A stretch of DNA of 64,000 nucleotides from a candidate division FCPU426 bacterium (lineage in GTDB: Bacteria > Oederibacteriota > Muellerivitia > Muellerivitales > Muellerivitaceae), in NCBI GenBank assembly GCA_963719085.1, contig CAVRAL010000001.1, positions 1,184,001-1,248,000 of the forward strand. The letters run 5' to 3'. Below the pieces are notes generated by a model. The model saw only the letters and a list, made by a program, of their open reading frames with translations, was not told where the DNA came from and ran no database searches. The first letter of the stretch is position 1. The number at the start of each line of letters is the position of its first letter. Below are positions 1-10,159 of this stretch, in pieces. A program made the position numbers and the translations under genes.

Positions 1-2
1 TC

Positions 3-227
3 GGTTTTTGCCGGACCTATAAAGGAACGGGCGGATTGATCCAAGACGAACCCTGGCATTGGAGCTATTCGCCTTATTCCCGAGTCTACAACACCCAGCT
101 CCAAGCCATCACCGATTTCAGCCTGATCCAGCAGGACAAGGTGGAAGGCTCGGCTTACATCCTCAAACATTTTGATTTCATTTATAGGGAATTAGAAAAA
201 TCCGTCGACCCCGCCTGTAGTAACTAA
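3..227 (+). CDS. M15B family D-Ala-D-Ala carboxypeptidase (VanY-like), 3' part; truncated by window start
   Basis: Frame open from base 3 (GFCRTY...) with the EPWHWSY motif typical of M15B peptidases. Confidence 0.75.
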   Translation, partial: GFCRTYKGTGGLIQDEPWHWSYSPYSRVYNTQLQAITDFSLIQQDKVEGSAYILKHFDFIYRELEKSVDPACSN

Positions 228-250
228 AAAACGCCAGCACGGCCAACCCT

Positions 251-341
251 TTTGCAATGATGGACGCGGATGAACGCTGATTCGAATAACATAAATTAGG
301 TTTGATCATAATCGGCGTTTATCAGCGTTCATCATTGTTAA
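251..341. repeat. Intergenic palindrome, 10-mer-unit family, copy 1
   Basis: Left arm CAATGATGGACGCGGATGAACGCTGAT, AT-rich spacer, right arm ATCGGCGTTTATCAGCGTTCATCATTG. Confidence 0.85.
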
Positions 342-358
342 TTTTTTTCGATTTTATT

Positions 359-1234
359 TTAAGCCTTCAAACCGATGACCTTCAAAGGATGGCGTGAGAC
401 GCCGATTTCCAGGCGGTCCCCCAATTTAAACGGAAACTCCAGGTTCGCCCCATCCAAAAAAATACGCCCTTGCCGCATATAGGAAATCATCCTGATTTTT
501 TGCCGGGGGCCCAGAACGCCCCTCAACAACTTCCGGACGCCGAATTTGCGGTGATAAACTTCCCGAACCACATATTGAAAAGAAGTGGAGGTCGGGGCGA
601 GTTTTTTGCCTCCGGCCGAAAAAAGGGCGGCCGTGGAGCCCGCCGCCGTTCCGATCCAAACCCCGCTGGAAAGCTGTTCCTCCGCCCGTCCGCCGGCTTC
701 CAAAATATACCGGGACGTGCCGGCCGGATTGCCGGCCGCCACCAATATCTCGTTCAATACCAGCCAGGGATTTCGCTTTCCATTCACCGAAAACTCGAGC
801 CGGGTAATTTTCCGGGTGCCCACCCGGCCTTTGCGGTAATCGGCCAAAACCTTCGGGAAGGCCTTCTCGTCGCAGCCGCTGAAACGCGCCACACTGTGCT
901 TCGGGTCTGAATTCACCCCGAGGACCGGCACTTGCCGCAAATGGTGGGAAACCTCCAGTAAAGTCCCGTCCCCGCCCACGGACACAACCAGGTCAAATCG
1001 GCGGTCCAATTGCTTCAGGTTGTGGATGCGGCTTCGAAGGACCTGGGTGGTTTCGTATCCGGCCCCCGCTAAAACCTTCCGGACGGATTCCAGGCTGGCG
1101 TGATGCCTTTCATGGCTGGCGCGCAAAACATCCCAATAATCCCCTTTTTTAAAATGGGAAGCCAGTTTGCGGGCGGGCAGGTTGCGGGTGTAGGCGCTTT
1201 CCTTATAGACAATCAGAACGCGTTGTTTCGGCAT
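359..1234 (-). CDS. nadK: NAD(+) kinase
   Basis: GGDGT motif, LNE motif, SSGVWIGTAAGSTA(A)LFSAGG. Confidence 0.9.
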   Translation of the reverse strand: MPKQRVLIVYKESAYTRNLPARKLASHFKKGDYWDVLRASHERHHASLESVRKVLAGAGYETTQVLRSRIHNLKQLDRRFDLVVSVGGDGTLLEVSHHLRQVPVLGVNSDPKHSVARFSGCDEKAFPKVLADYRKGRVGTRKITRLEFSVNGKRNPWLVLNEILVAAGNPAGTSRYILEAGGRAEEQLSSGVWIGTAAGSTAALFSAGGKKLAPTSTSFQYVVREVYHRKFGVRKLLRGVLGPRQKIRMISYMRQGRIFLDGANLEFPFKLGDRLEIGVSRHPLKVIGLKA

Positions 1235-1253
1235 GGGTTTCCTATGGATTTTT

Positions 1254-1835
1254 CTATTTCAGGGAGAACAAACCGACCCGGATCATCATCACCGCGTAGG
1301 CGGATAAAAGAAGGGCCGCCAGTTTCGAGCTGACCCGGGCTCCCGGCTCCCCCATCCATTTGATGAGGCGGTCAGAATAACCAAAAACAAGCCAGGCAAG
1401 CAACAGGTTCACAATCAGGCACAGGGCCACTTCCAGAAAAGAAAAACGGCCGCGCAATAAGATAAGCGTGGTCAGGACCGCCGGGCCCACCAAAAGCGGG
1501 ATCCCCAGCGGCACCACACCGGCGCCTTTGACGCCTTTGCCCAGGGACATTTTCTGGTCCCACACGATATCCCGGAGGGCCACCACCAAAATGAGAAGGC
1601 CGCCGGCGATTTGAAAATCACCGGTTTTGAGCCCCAAGGCCAAAAGCACCAGCGGCCCCAAGGGAATAAATAAAAGACCCACCCCGCCGGCGGTAAAAAC
1701 CGAATAACGCAAAACTTCCTGGCGGTCTTTGGGTTTTAAAGTCGAGGTCATTTGGACGAAAGACGGAAGGACGCCCACGGCGTCCATGGCCACAAAAACG
1801 GGGAGAAATAGGCTCAAGAGGTCGGAGAAGTTCAT
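1254..1835 (-). CDS. MarC family membrane protein
   Basis: About six TM segments, FQIAGGLL and VPLGIPLLVGPA motifs; start moved to ATG 1835. Confidence 0.9.
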   Translation of the reverse strand: MNFSDLLSLFLPVFVAMDAVGVLPSFVQMTSTLKPKDRQEVLRYSVFTAGGVGLLFIPLGPLVLLALGLKTGDFQIAGGLLILVVALRDIVWDQKMSLGKGVKGAGVVPLGIPLLVGPAVLTTLILLRGRFSFLEVALCLIVNLLLAWLVFGYSDRLIKWMGEPGARVSSKLAALLLSAYAVMMIRVGLFSLK

Positions 1836-1885
1836 GGGCTTATTGTACAACGAATAGGATCAAGGCCGGGCCGGGGAAATGCGGC

Positions 1886-2821
1886 TTACCAACTCACGCT
1901 GCAGCCGCCGGCCGAGTCCGCCGCCGTTTGATCATAAGCGTAATAGGGCAGGCTCTTGTTCACGCGAAAAATAAAGCTGGGACAAGTGGGAAACGAGCCC
2001 GCCGTGAGCATTTGAATCCAAGCGAATCCGCCCGGAATGGTATTCAGCTTGACGCAATAAATGTCCCCCGCCTCGATCGAATTGGTATCCGCGCCCAAGG
2101 CCGCCGTTTTACAAATGGTCGAAGCGGATGAAAAACGGGAAGCGTCGGGCACCCCATCGTGGTCCACTAAATTTCCATTTCCCATATAGGCGATGGAGTT
2201 CAGGGTGTTTCCGGAAGCGTCCGCCAGATAAAAGGACAAGACCGAATTTCCAAAGTAATCCACTTGAATGTCGTAATTCGGCCCGACCGTGGAAGAGGAC
2301 ACTAAATTGTCATCGCTAAAACCATAGGTGTAATAAGCGTAGGAAGCCGGGTAATTCACGTAATAGCAGTTGCGGGTCACCGACCCCATCTCCACCACGG
2401 CGTTCGCCGTTCCCGCGCCGAGCGAATCGATGGCAAGAGCTCCGATCGCCAGCGGACTTTGAATAATGGGCGGCGGTCCCCCGGCGCCAACTCCCGGATA
2501 ATAGGTGTTCAACTGCAAGGATAAAAGCTTGGCGCCCGGCGGAAGGGGTACGTCCAAATCAATGGCCCCCGTGGAAGCCGGCTCCGAAAGAGGCCCCGTG
2601 GTCCCCTCTAACAGCGAGACGCCATTGGCGCCATCCACCCGGTAATAAAGCGAATTGTATGAGTTCCCCAAAAACTCCGCTCGCAAATCATTGTTCATGG
2701 GGATGGAAATGTTCAAGGCCATGGCCCGGGCCGGCGACAACGGGCTTTTGGTGCATCCAATCACGAATAAATCCAACGCCAGGGTCAAAAGAAAGGCGCC
2801 CGCGAAAAAGTAGTTTTTCAT
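1886..2821 (-). CDS. Hypothetical lipoprotein
   Basis: Start moved to MKNYFF (2821); hydrophobic stretch ending VIGC (lipobox-like); beta-rich mature part. Confidence 0.65.
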   Translation of the reverse strand: MKNYFFAGAFLLTLALDLFVIGCTKSPLSPARAMALNISIPMNNDLRAEFLGNSYNSLYYRVDGANGVSLLEGTTGPLSEPASTGAIDLDVPLPPGAKLLSLQLNTYYPGVGAGGPPPIIQSPLAIGALAIDSLGAGTANAVVEMGSVTRNCYYVNYPASYAYYTYGFSDDNLVSSSTVGPNYDIQVDYFGNSVLSFYLADASGNTLNSIAYMGNGNLVDHDGVPDASRFSSASTICKTAALGADTNSIEAGDIYCVKLNTIPGGFAWIQMLTAGSFPTCPSFIFRVNKSLPYYAYDQTAADSAGGCSVSW

Positions 2822-2847
2822 GCCCCAAACCTCGTTTCGAATCCCGC

Positions 2848-3981
2848 TTAGAGTTTCACACCGTAAGAAGCCCCGACCGTCCAATAGCTGTAATCCACGT
2901 TAAGGCTATGGGTGCTGTCCGCGTTCTGGTGAATGATGAAATCATAGCCCGCCGAAAGCGTGAGGCTCGATTGGGCGTCCATTTTCAAAGCCAAGGAGGG
3001 CGTCAAGCCGAAGAGGAACCCGCCATCATCGTAAAGCCCGGAAGTGAAATCCGAGGCCGAATAGCCGTTGGGCAGGATGTATTTGATCATGCCGGCCAAA
3101 GCGAGGTCTCCCAGCGCCAAGGTCGGCGCCAAGTAAAAACGCTGGCCCAGCGAATTTTGAGGTTCGGTCGAAAGTGATCCCCCGTAAAGCCTCTCAGCCG
3201 GCAGGAAAAACTGTCCGCCTATCTCATAGGAAAACCCTTTCGGGTCATTGAAGGCGAAGGACAGGTTAACGTTTGGCCCCAATCGCAGGGTATCGACGCC
3301 TGAAACTTGCGTGGTCAAAAAGTAAAAGGCGGACAAACGCAAAGCGCTGGTTTGGCCTTGGGCGAAAGTCTCCACCCGGTTCAAAGCCAGATAAAGGGAA
3401 TCTCCCAGCTTTTCCGAGGACGGAATGGAGCCATAGTCCGGATTCAAGGAGCCGGAGTAATAATAACCGGCCGCCACTCCCCAATCGGTTGTCCCGGAGG
3501 GGAACGCCAATCCATACAAGGCGCTGAAACCGAAACCCCGTCCCTGGTAGCGGGTGTCGATGAACTCCGTCGGAACATCGGAAGCCGATTCTTTCACTTC
3601 CCAACTCGCGTCCCCTGTCGGGAGGTTGGCCGCCAGATCCAGCATGGCGGGGGTTCCAAACATTTGAAAATGAATCCCGGTTCCAATCACCGAATCGGTC
3701 ATATCCGTCAAGTTCAGGGTTTCGGTGCCGGCCGTCGAATCCGTGTAGCTTCCATTGGCAAAAGCCGTCTGGCCGTAAAGGTCCCAACCCTTATCCAATT
3801 GGAGTCCAATGTTAAAAGGGACCATTATTTCATGGCCGTCAAAAGGCTCATCCGAATTTGCCGCCCAACCGTTGTACTCAACGCCCAAATTCAAAAAGGA
3901 TTGGGCGCACAAGGGACCGACAAAAGCCAAAAACAATCCCGCCAAGACAAACCATCTCAGATTCAAAGAAGATGGCCTCAT
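2848..3981 (-). CDS. Putative outer-membrane beta-barrel protein
   Basis: Signal peptide, alternating aromatic/Gly strands, terminal strand YWTVGASYGVKL. Confidence 0.65.
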   Translation of the reverse strand: MRPSSLNLRWFVLAGLFLAFVGPLCAQSFLNLGVEYNGWAANSDEPFDGHEIMVPFNIGLQLDKGWDLYGQTAFANGSYTDSTAGTETLNLTDMTDSVIGTGIHFQMFGTPAMLDLAANLPTGDASWEVKESASDVPTEFIDTRYQGRGFGFSALYGLAFPSGTTDWGVAAGYYYSGSLNPDYGSIPSSEKLGDSLYLALNRVETFAQGQTSALRLSAFYFLTTQVSGVDTLRLGPNVNLSFAFNDPKGFSYEIGGQFFLPAERLYGGSLSTEPQNSLGQRFYLAPTLALGDLALAGMIKYILPNGYSASDFTSGLYDDGGFLFGLTPSLALKMDAQSSLTLSAGYDFIIHQNADSTHSLNVDYSYWTVGASYGVKL

Positions 3982-4712
3982 GGGACATTCTCCCCGGGCG
4001 GAACTTTAACGGTGATATTCAAGTTGGAGGTACCGCCCACCGCCGGATCGGTTTGCCCGTTGTCATGGTTCACGTTCACGTTATTCTGAAATTGGAGGTT
4101 TAGATCCTGCAAGGCCGGGTCATTGGTGGGACCCGTCGACTTCAAATGGCCCAGCCAATTACCATCCAGGAATTGGCCCTCGCTTCCCGCGCCGAAATCC
4201 TGCGAATGACCATGGAAATGGGAATAAACCGTTCCGTCAAAAACATCCAGAACCAGTTTTTGGTTCTCGGGGTTAAAGTTCATCGAAAAATGGGTTCCCC
4301 GCACGCCGCAAACCACGCCGCCGGCCTGGATCTCGAAGGCCGAATCGCTGGAGCCCAATTTAGTCACCCGGGCGATCAACTGGCCGACCAGCATTTTGAA
4401 TTTCAAAACCTTACTTTTGTCCGAGGGCTTCTCAAGTTTGCTGAGCCAAAAATCGGTGTTGGGCTTGATGGTCAATTGGGATCCGTCAAAAAACTGGAGG
4501 ACCGCGTTGGAATCCTTCTCCGTGACGACCCTTTGTCCCTGAACCACGGTGTCGCCGACCTTGGCCAAGCGGGCCTTATGGCTGGTTTGGGATTTGATCT
4601 CGACGGTACCGGAAACCGAAATGAAAGTCCCCTTGGGGGAAACCTTGGCGAATGCCGCGGTTCCGGAAATGAAAAAGGCGAAGGCGAGAAGGCTTGAGAA
4701 AATTCGGGTCAT
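3978..4712 (-). CDS. Exported FecR-domain protein
   Basis: Signal peptide; GTVEI, VVQGQRVVT, FFDGSQLTI, CGVRGTHF, VFDGTV motifs. Confidence 0.85.
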   Translation of the reverse strand: MTRIFSSLLAFAFFISGTAAFAKVSPKGTFISVSGTVEIKSQTSHKARLAKVGDTVVQGQRVVTEKDSNAVLQFFDGSQLTIKPNTDFWLSKLEKPSDKSKVLKFKMLVGQLIARVTKLGSSDSAFEIQAGGVVCGVRGTHFSMNFNPENQKLVLDVFDGTVYSHFHGHSQDFGAGSEGQFLDGNWLGHLKSTGPTNDPALQDLNLQFQNNVNVNHDNGQTDPAVGGTSNLNITVKVPPGENVP

Positions 4713-4867
4713 GGGGCTTCTTTCAAAAACGAATCTACGAGTGGTTTAAAACGGGGCCATTGTAGCCGAAAGAAAAGAAGTCGGATAAGGAAAGACGAAA
4801 AAAATGTAAGAAGGGATCAAAAAAGGGTTAGCGATTTACCTGTTGATCGGAAAAGGAAAGGGGTTGT

Positions 4868-7114
4868 TTACTTGGTCTTCATGATAAACACGCCGTCCCA
4901 ATTGGCGGGCGGCGGATTATCCTTCAACAGGCGGCAGCGTTCCAAAAAGATTCCCGAGGGACCGTCATGGGGATCCAGGTGCAGGCAGTTTTTGAATTCC
5001 CGCGAGGCTTCCTCAAACCGGCTCGCGCGATAATGGGCCAAGCCTGCCTCGAAAGTGCGAACCTTGAGTTCCTTATCCCCCGCGCCCTTGAGCCGGTGGT
5101 CCACCAACTCATAAATGCGGATGGGTTTGGTTTTACCCTTCACCTGGATGAGGTCCAGTTCGCGGCAAAGCATGTCGGACTTCACCAACGCGTAGGTAGT
5201 TTCGCTGATGATGATGGAAACTTTGTACTCTTTGGTTGTGCCTTCCAAACGGCTTCCCAGATTTACCGCGTCGCCGATCAAGGTGTAGCTCTTAATGGAC
5301 TCGGACCCCACGAACCCGACGACCATTCCGCCGCTGTTAAGTCCGATGCCGATTTCCAATTTTTCTTTACCCTCAATTTCCCATTTGGGGTGAAGGGTGT
5401 TTTCCAGAAGGTCCACCATGCCCAAAGCGGTGCTGCAGGCGCGGTAAGCGTGATCCTGCTGGGTCCCCGGCGCGCCCCAGAAGGCCATGATGGCGTCCCC
5501 GATATATTTGTCCAGCGTCCCCTCGGTTTGGAAAATCATATTGGTCATCTGGGTCAAATACTCGTTCAAAACCTCGACCACTTCCGGCGGCGTGTGTTTT
5601 TCGGAGTAAGTGGTGAAGCCGCGGATATCGGAGAACATAACGGTCAATTGCTTTTCCTCGCCGCCCAGCGCGATACCCTCGGGCAGTTTCAGGATTTCCT
5701 CGACGACCGTGGGCGCCACCATGCTTTGGAACATTTGCTTCATGTAACGGCTGTGCCGGACCTCGGTGCGGAACTTATAGGTGGTCAGGATTAAATAAGT
5801 CAGCAAAAGCGAGATCAAGGGGTAAGTCATGTTGATAATCACGTGGCCGGAGGCGAAAGCGATGCAAACCAAAACAATGTAACCGGCGAAAACGATCAGG
5901 AACCATCCCATTCCCTGGGTGGGGTTCCAACGGGGGACCAGGTACCACATGATCAAAGCCATGACCAAGATGAGAAGATACTTTAAAAAATTGGGGGCCA
6001 ACCGGATGAAATTTCCGCTGTAAACGTTCTCGATAATGTTCGCGTTGATCTCCACCCCGGGGGAGGCTTTGGTAAAAGGCGTGGGGCGCAAGTCGTACAA
6101 CCCATTAGCGGTGACCCCGATCAAGACCACCGCGTCTTTCAGTTCCTCATGCGGAATGCGGTCGTAAAGGATATCACTGGCCGAATAAGAAGGAATGGTC
6201 CCGCCCGGGCCGCAATAGTTGATGAAGGCGAAGCCGTTATCCAAGATCGGCAGCTGCCTCCCCGCCACCTCGGCGTATTTACCGGCCACAATCTTCACGG
6301 GATCTTTTTCGTCATTGAGCAGGTAACGGCTGATTTGCAGGGAAAGGTTCGGAAGTAATTTTCCCTTGTAGGCGACCGCCGTGGGGAAATAACGGTAAAT
6401 ACCGTCCAAGTCCGGCAGGTAAAGGATCAAACCCGAGTCTTGGACATTCTGTTGAAGCTCGGGAATTGAGACGATCAGCGACTCGGCCGGAAGGAACGAG
6501 GAAATATTCCCGCCAAAAAGGGTCGCCCCCGTGGTGTGCAAGGTGTCAAACTCGGGGCTCCGGCCTTCGTTGCTTTGGCCGCCCTCAAAGATCGCGTCCA
6601 TGGGCAAGAAAACATTGCCCGTCTCTTTTAACGCTTTTCCAAATTCGGCGTCCCCATTTTCTTTGGCCTGGAACTTTTTGATATCGTCCATGACCTTGGT
6701 TTTGGTTCTGGAGCTTTTACCCAAGGTGGAATCTAAAACCGTCTCCAACTGCCCCAGCATTTGTTCCTGGGTGCGTTCAGGCTCGGGGTAAAAGACGTCG
6801 TAAAAAACCGATTTAACCCCGTCGGTTTTCAATTGGCGGATCATTTGGGCGTGGATGGCCCGGGGCCAGGGCCATTGGCCCACTTCTTTCAGGCTCTTTT
6901 CGTCGATGGCGATGATTTTGACGGGGGCTTCGGGTTGGCGCACGCCGCGGACGCCGAAACGGAAGTCGATGGTTTTACTTTCGATTTGCTGGAAGAGGCT
7001 GGAGTTGAATAGGCAGAACAGGGATAAGACCAACACGACCCCTCCCATCATGTAGAGGGAGGTCCGCTTGCGATAATGAACTTTAATTTCTCTTGGCGCG
7101 GGAGGAGTTGGCAT
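4868..7114 (-). CDS. CHASE2-domain class III adenylate cyclase
   Basis: GQWPWPR and PGVEINAN (CHASE2), three TMs, FSDIRGFT, DKYIGDAIMA, YTLIGDAVNLGSRLE; start moved to 7114. Confidence 0.93.
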   Translation of the reverse strand: MPTPPAPREIKVHYRKRTSLYMMGGVVLVLSLFCLFNSSLFQQIESKTIDFRFGVRGVRQPEAPVKIIAIDEKSLKEVGQWPWPRAIHAQMIRQLKTDGVKSVFYDVFYPEPERTQEQMLGQLETVLDSTLGKSSRTKTKVMDDIKKFQAKENGDAEFGKALKETGNVFLPMDAIFEGGQSNEGRSPEFDTLHTTGATLFGGNISSFLPAESLIVSIPELQQNVQDSGLILYLPDLDGIYRYFPTAVAYKGKLLPNLSLQISRYLLNDEKDPVKIVAGKYAEVAGRQLPILDNGFAFINYCGPGGTIPSYSASDILYDRIPHEELKDAVVLIGVTANGLYDLRPTPFTKASPGVEINANIIENVYSGNFIRLAPNFLKYLLILVMALIMWYLVPRWNPTQGMGWFLIVFAGYIVLVCIAFASGHVIINMTYPLISLLLTYLILTTYKFRTEVRHSRYMKQMFQSMVAPTVVEEILKLPEGIALGGEEKQLTVMFSDIRGFTTYSEKHTPPEVVEVLNEYLTQMTNMIFQTEGTLDKYIGDAIMAFWGAPGTQQDHAYRACSTALGMVDLLENTLHPKWEIEGKEKLEIGIGLNSGGMVVGFVGSESIKSYTLIGDAVNLGSRLEGTTKEYKVSIIISETTYALVKSDMLCRELDLIQVKGKTKPIRIYELVDHRLKGAGDKELKVRTFEAGLAHYRASRFEEASREFKNCLHLDPHDGPSGIFLERCRLLKDNPPPANWDGVFIMKTK

Positions 7115-7186
7115 GGGCGATATTCTAAGGGTGAAGAGGGCCTCGACAAAGACTTTTTTTACCGGCCAGCCGGGAATAACAGGCAA

Positions 7187-7290
7187 TTAACAATGATGAA
7201 CGCGGATAAACACAGATTTAATTCCAAGCCCAAGATTGACAAGAAATCAAAGGTTTGGTGTATCGGCGTTCATCCGCGTCCATCATTGTT
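7187..7290. repeat. Intergenic palindrome, 10-mer-unit family, copy 2
   Basis: AACAATGATGAACGCGGATAAACACAGAT ... ATCGGCGTTCATCCGCGTCCATCATTGTT. Confidence 0.85.
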
Positions 7291-7299
7291 CCAATTTTT

Positions 7300-8100
7300 T
7301 CAGGAAGAGGCGCTGCGGTAGCGTTTGAGGCCCCGGTCCCAAATCCAGACCGTCAAAAAGAAAAAAACCAGACCCAAACCAAACCCATAAAACGCCAACC
7401 CGCCTTCCAACTTGTGGACCAGGACCGCCGCCGGGAAAGTGGAAACCACCAACATGGGGACCAGGGTCATCAAAAAATGGCGCAAGAGCCAGGGATAAAT
7501 ATCCCCGGGGTAGCGAGAGAATTGGCCGAACTGCCAGTAAAGTTCCATCAGGTTGCTGGAGCGGCCGATCCAAAAGGTCCAAACCGACAGAATGAAAAGG
7601 ATGGCGTAATAAATAAGGATGCCGTTCACCACCAGCGCGGCGAAAAGAATCGCTCCCCACAAAGTAATCCCCTCGCCCATCCGGTGCAGGCCGTAGAGGA
7701 TGATGCCGATCCCCAAAGTGCTGTTGAGCATGGAAGCGTAATCCGTATAACGCAGGGACACCAGGAACTGGGTATTGATGGGTTTGATCAGGCTGAAATC
7801 CAAATCACCCTGCCGGATCTGGTCGACCAGCTTGGTGCAGTTGTCGTAGAAGAACGCCTCGAAAAGCTGGCTGATGACGTGGTTGGTGCCCACCAACACC
7901 ACCATGTCCCATTTGGTCCATCCCACCAGTTCGCCGGTTTGTCCGTAAAGGACTTGGATGAAGATGAATTGCATGAAAAGCCACATGCCCTCGGTGAGCA
8001 GGCGCACGAGGAAGTTGGCCTTGAACTGCATCTCCCGCACCAAACAGTTCTTCATCATAAGAAACAAGAGACGGCTATAACGCCTCATCGAGGAACCCAT
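7300..8100 (-). CDS. ABC-2 family transporter permease
   Basis: IRQGDLDFSLIKP and RYPGDIYP motifs, about six TMs. Confidence 0.88.
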   Translation of the reverse strand: MGSSMRRYSRLLFLMMKNCLVREMQFKANFLVRLLTEGMWLFMQFIFIQVLYGQTGELVGWTKWDMVVLVGTNHVISQLFEAFFYDNCTKLVDQIRQGDLDFSLIKPINTQFLVSLRYTDYASMLNSTLGIGIILYGLHRMGEGITLWGAILFAALVVNGILIYYAILFILSVWTFWIGRSSNLMELYWQFGQFSRYPGDIYPWLLRHFLMTLVPMLVVSTFPAAVLVHKLEGGLAFYGFGLGLVFFFLTVWIWDRGLKRYRSASS

Positions 8101-8186
8101 TTTAAAAACCTTTCAAAGCCGGACATTTTCGCCTGGCGAAAATGTTAAAACTTAAAACCGAGAACCCGGAACTTAAAATCAATTTA

Positions 8187-9050
8187 TCATCCCCCCACCG
8201 CCGAATAGCGTTTGAGGCCGATTTTCCAAATTAACCGGCTGATGCCATAAAAAACGAAGACCCAGAGAACACCAATCCCCAACAAATGCGGCAGTTGAGC
8301 CGCCGGCACTTTCCCCATGAGGATCATGCAGGGCCAGTAACCTTCGTATCCGAAGGGCGACGCGTTCAGGAAAGGCTGCATATAAAGCGGCATGAGGTTC
8401 AAGGGAATCAAATGCCCCGACAAAAAGAACTCGAACATCATTACCACGAAAAGGAAGGTCGAAATCTCCAAAAACCAAAAAGCCAATAGCCCAATGGAAA
8501 AAGTAAAAAGCATGCCGATGGCGAAAGCGATCACCAGCGAAACCACAAAGGATCCCAATTCCAAGAGCGAAGGCGCGTGGGTAAAAAATTGGCGCATCAG
8601 GAAAAAAATCGGCGGGAAGGTGAAAAGCGCCACGTTCCAAAAAACAACCTTATGGGCCAGCCGGTAGCAGACCTGGTACCAGAAATAGTCCATGGGACGG
8701 ATCAAGTAGCGGTTTAACAGCCCGTCCTTGATGTCTTTGCTGATATCCCCCATGGTCCCGGGGATGCTGGAAAAACCCCGGGCGATATACATATAGGCGT
8801 AGTAGGTGATCATGTCCTGAAAGCTCATGCCCCGGATGGAGAGCGCCGCCCCCCCTTGCTGGCGCGAATGAAAAACGGCCAACCAGATGAAGATGGTGGT
8901 GACCAGCGGCAGAAAACGGAAAATCGCCCCAAAAATATAATTGGCCCGGTAAGCCATATCTTCCTGGGTCCGGGTCGAGAGAATAATCCAGTACTTGTGA
9001 AAAGCCGATCTTTTTTGATAAGTATCCATGGTTGTGTTTTCAGTCTCCAT
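8187..9050 (-). CDS. ABC-2 family transporter permease
   Basis: YRAN, IKDGLLNRYLIRP, LSGHLIPL motifs. Confidence 0.88.
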   Translation of the reverse strand: METENTTMDTYQKRSAFHKYWIILSTRTQEDMAYRANYIFGAIFRFLPLVTTIFIWLAVFHSRQQGGAALSIRGMSFQDMITYYAYMYIARGFSSIPGTMGDISKDIKDGLLNRYLIRPMDYFWYQVCYRLAHKVVFWNVALFTFPPIFFLMRQFFTHAPSLLELGSFVVSLVIAFAIGMLFTFSIGLLAFWFLEISTFLFVVMMFEFFLSGHLIPLNLMPLYMQPFLNASPFGYEGYWPCMILMGKVPAAQLPHLLGIGVLWVFVFYGISRLIWKIGLKRYSAVGG

Positions 9051-10029
9051 GGGACCCCGCGAAGACCTTCTCGATCACTTCCTCAATCGGCACTTCCTCG
9101 ATATTGATGTCATCCACGTCGAATTGATTCAACAGATCGTTCGATGACTTTTTCACCTTGTCCCGCGCCACCCTTAGGACAGCCTTTCCCGCGGTGTGTT
9201 CCACCACATCCCCCAAAGGTGAAAGCTGGTCCTTGGAAACAGTGCCGTTCTTGAAGGTCACCGTGACCAACTTGGATTGGGAGAACTTTTCCACCACGTC
9301 ATCCAACCGGCCGTCGAAAATCTTTTTGCCATGGTTGATCACGACCACCCGGTCGCAAAGGGCCTGGATGTCGTTCATATAGTGGCTGGTGAGAAGGATC
9401 GTGGTTTTGGTGCGGCGGTTGTAATCCTTGATGAACTCGCGGATATTTTTTTGCGCCACCACGTCCAAACCAATGGTGGGCTCGTCCAGGAAAAGCACCC
9501 GGGGGCTGTGCAGCAGCGAGGCGATCAGCTCGAACTTCATGCGCTCGCCCAAGGACAGCTCACGCACCATGATGCCCATCAGCTTCTTCACCTGCAAAAG
9601 CTCCGTCATCTCATCCAGGATTTTGTTGTAGGAATCATCCGTGACGCCGTAGATTTCTTTATTCAGGTAAAGCGACTCTTGCGCGGGCAAATCCCACCAA
9701 AGTTGGTTTTTCTGGCCCATGACCAGGGCGAATTGCCGGCGGTATTCGTTCTTGCGCTCCGAGGGAATGAAATCCATGATTTTGACTTCTCCCGAAGTCG
9801 GATAAAGGATGCCCGCCAGCATCTTGAGGGTCGTGGTCTTCCCCGCCCCGTTGGGCCCCAGGAACCCCACCAGTTCGCCTTCCTGAATCGAGAAAGAAAC
9901 CCCGTCCACCGCCCTGACTTCGGTGAATTCCCGGCTGAAGAGGCCCTTCACGGCCCCCCCGATGCCCGGCTGTCGTTTTTGAGTTCGATAAATTTTAGAG
10001 AGGTCCTTCACGTCGATGATCGGTGGCAA
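9040..10029 (-). CDS. ABC transporter ATP-binding protein
   Basis: GPNGAGKTT, LSLGERMK, FLDEPTIGLD; probable TTG start at 10029 after AAGGA. Confidence 0.92.
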   Translation of the reverse strand: MPPIIDVKDLSKIYRTQKRQPGIGGAVKGLFSREFTEVRAVDGVSFSIQEGELVGFLGPNGAGKTTTLKMLAGILYPTSGEVKIMDFIPSERKNEYRRQFALVMGQKNQLWWDLPAQESLYLNKEIYGVTDDSYNKILDEMTELLQVKKLMGIMVRELSLGERMKFELIASLLHSPRVLFLDEPTIGLDVVAQKNIREFIKDYNRRTKTTILLTSHYMNDIQALCDRVVVINHGKKIFDGRLDDVVEKFSQSKLVTVTFKNGTVSKDQLSPLGDVVEHTAGKAVLRVARDKVKKSSNDLLNQFDVDDINIEEVPIEEVIEKVFAGSHGD

Positions 10030-10159
10030 GAGGTGTCCTTTGGTTGAGGTGGGCGTCATTATAGGAAACGGCATCCCCGCTTTCCAACCCCCCGGAAAGA
10101 TTTCTTCGTTTCTTTTATCCCTTTCAATTTCAGAAGCGTCTTATTAAAGTTTCCCCATC

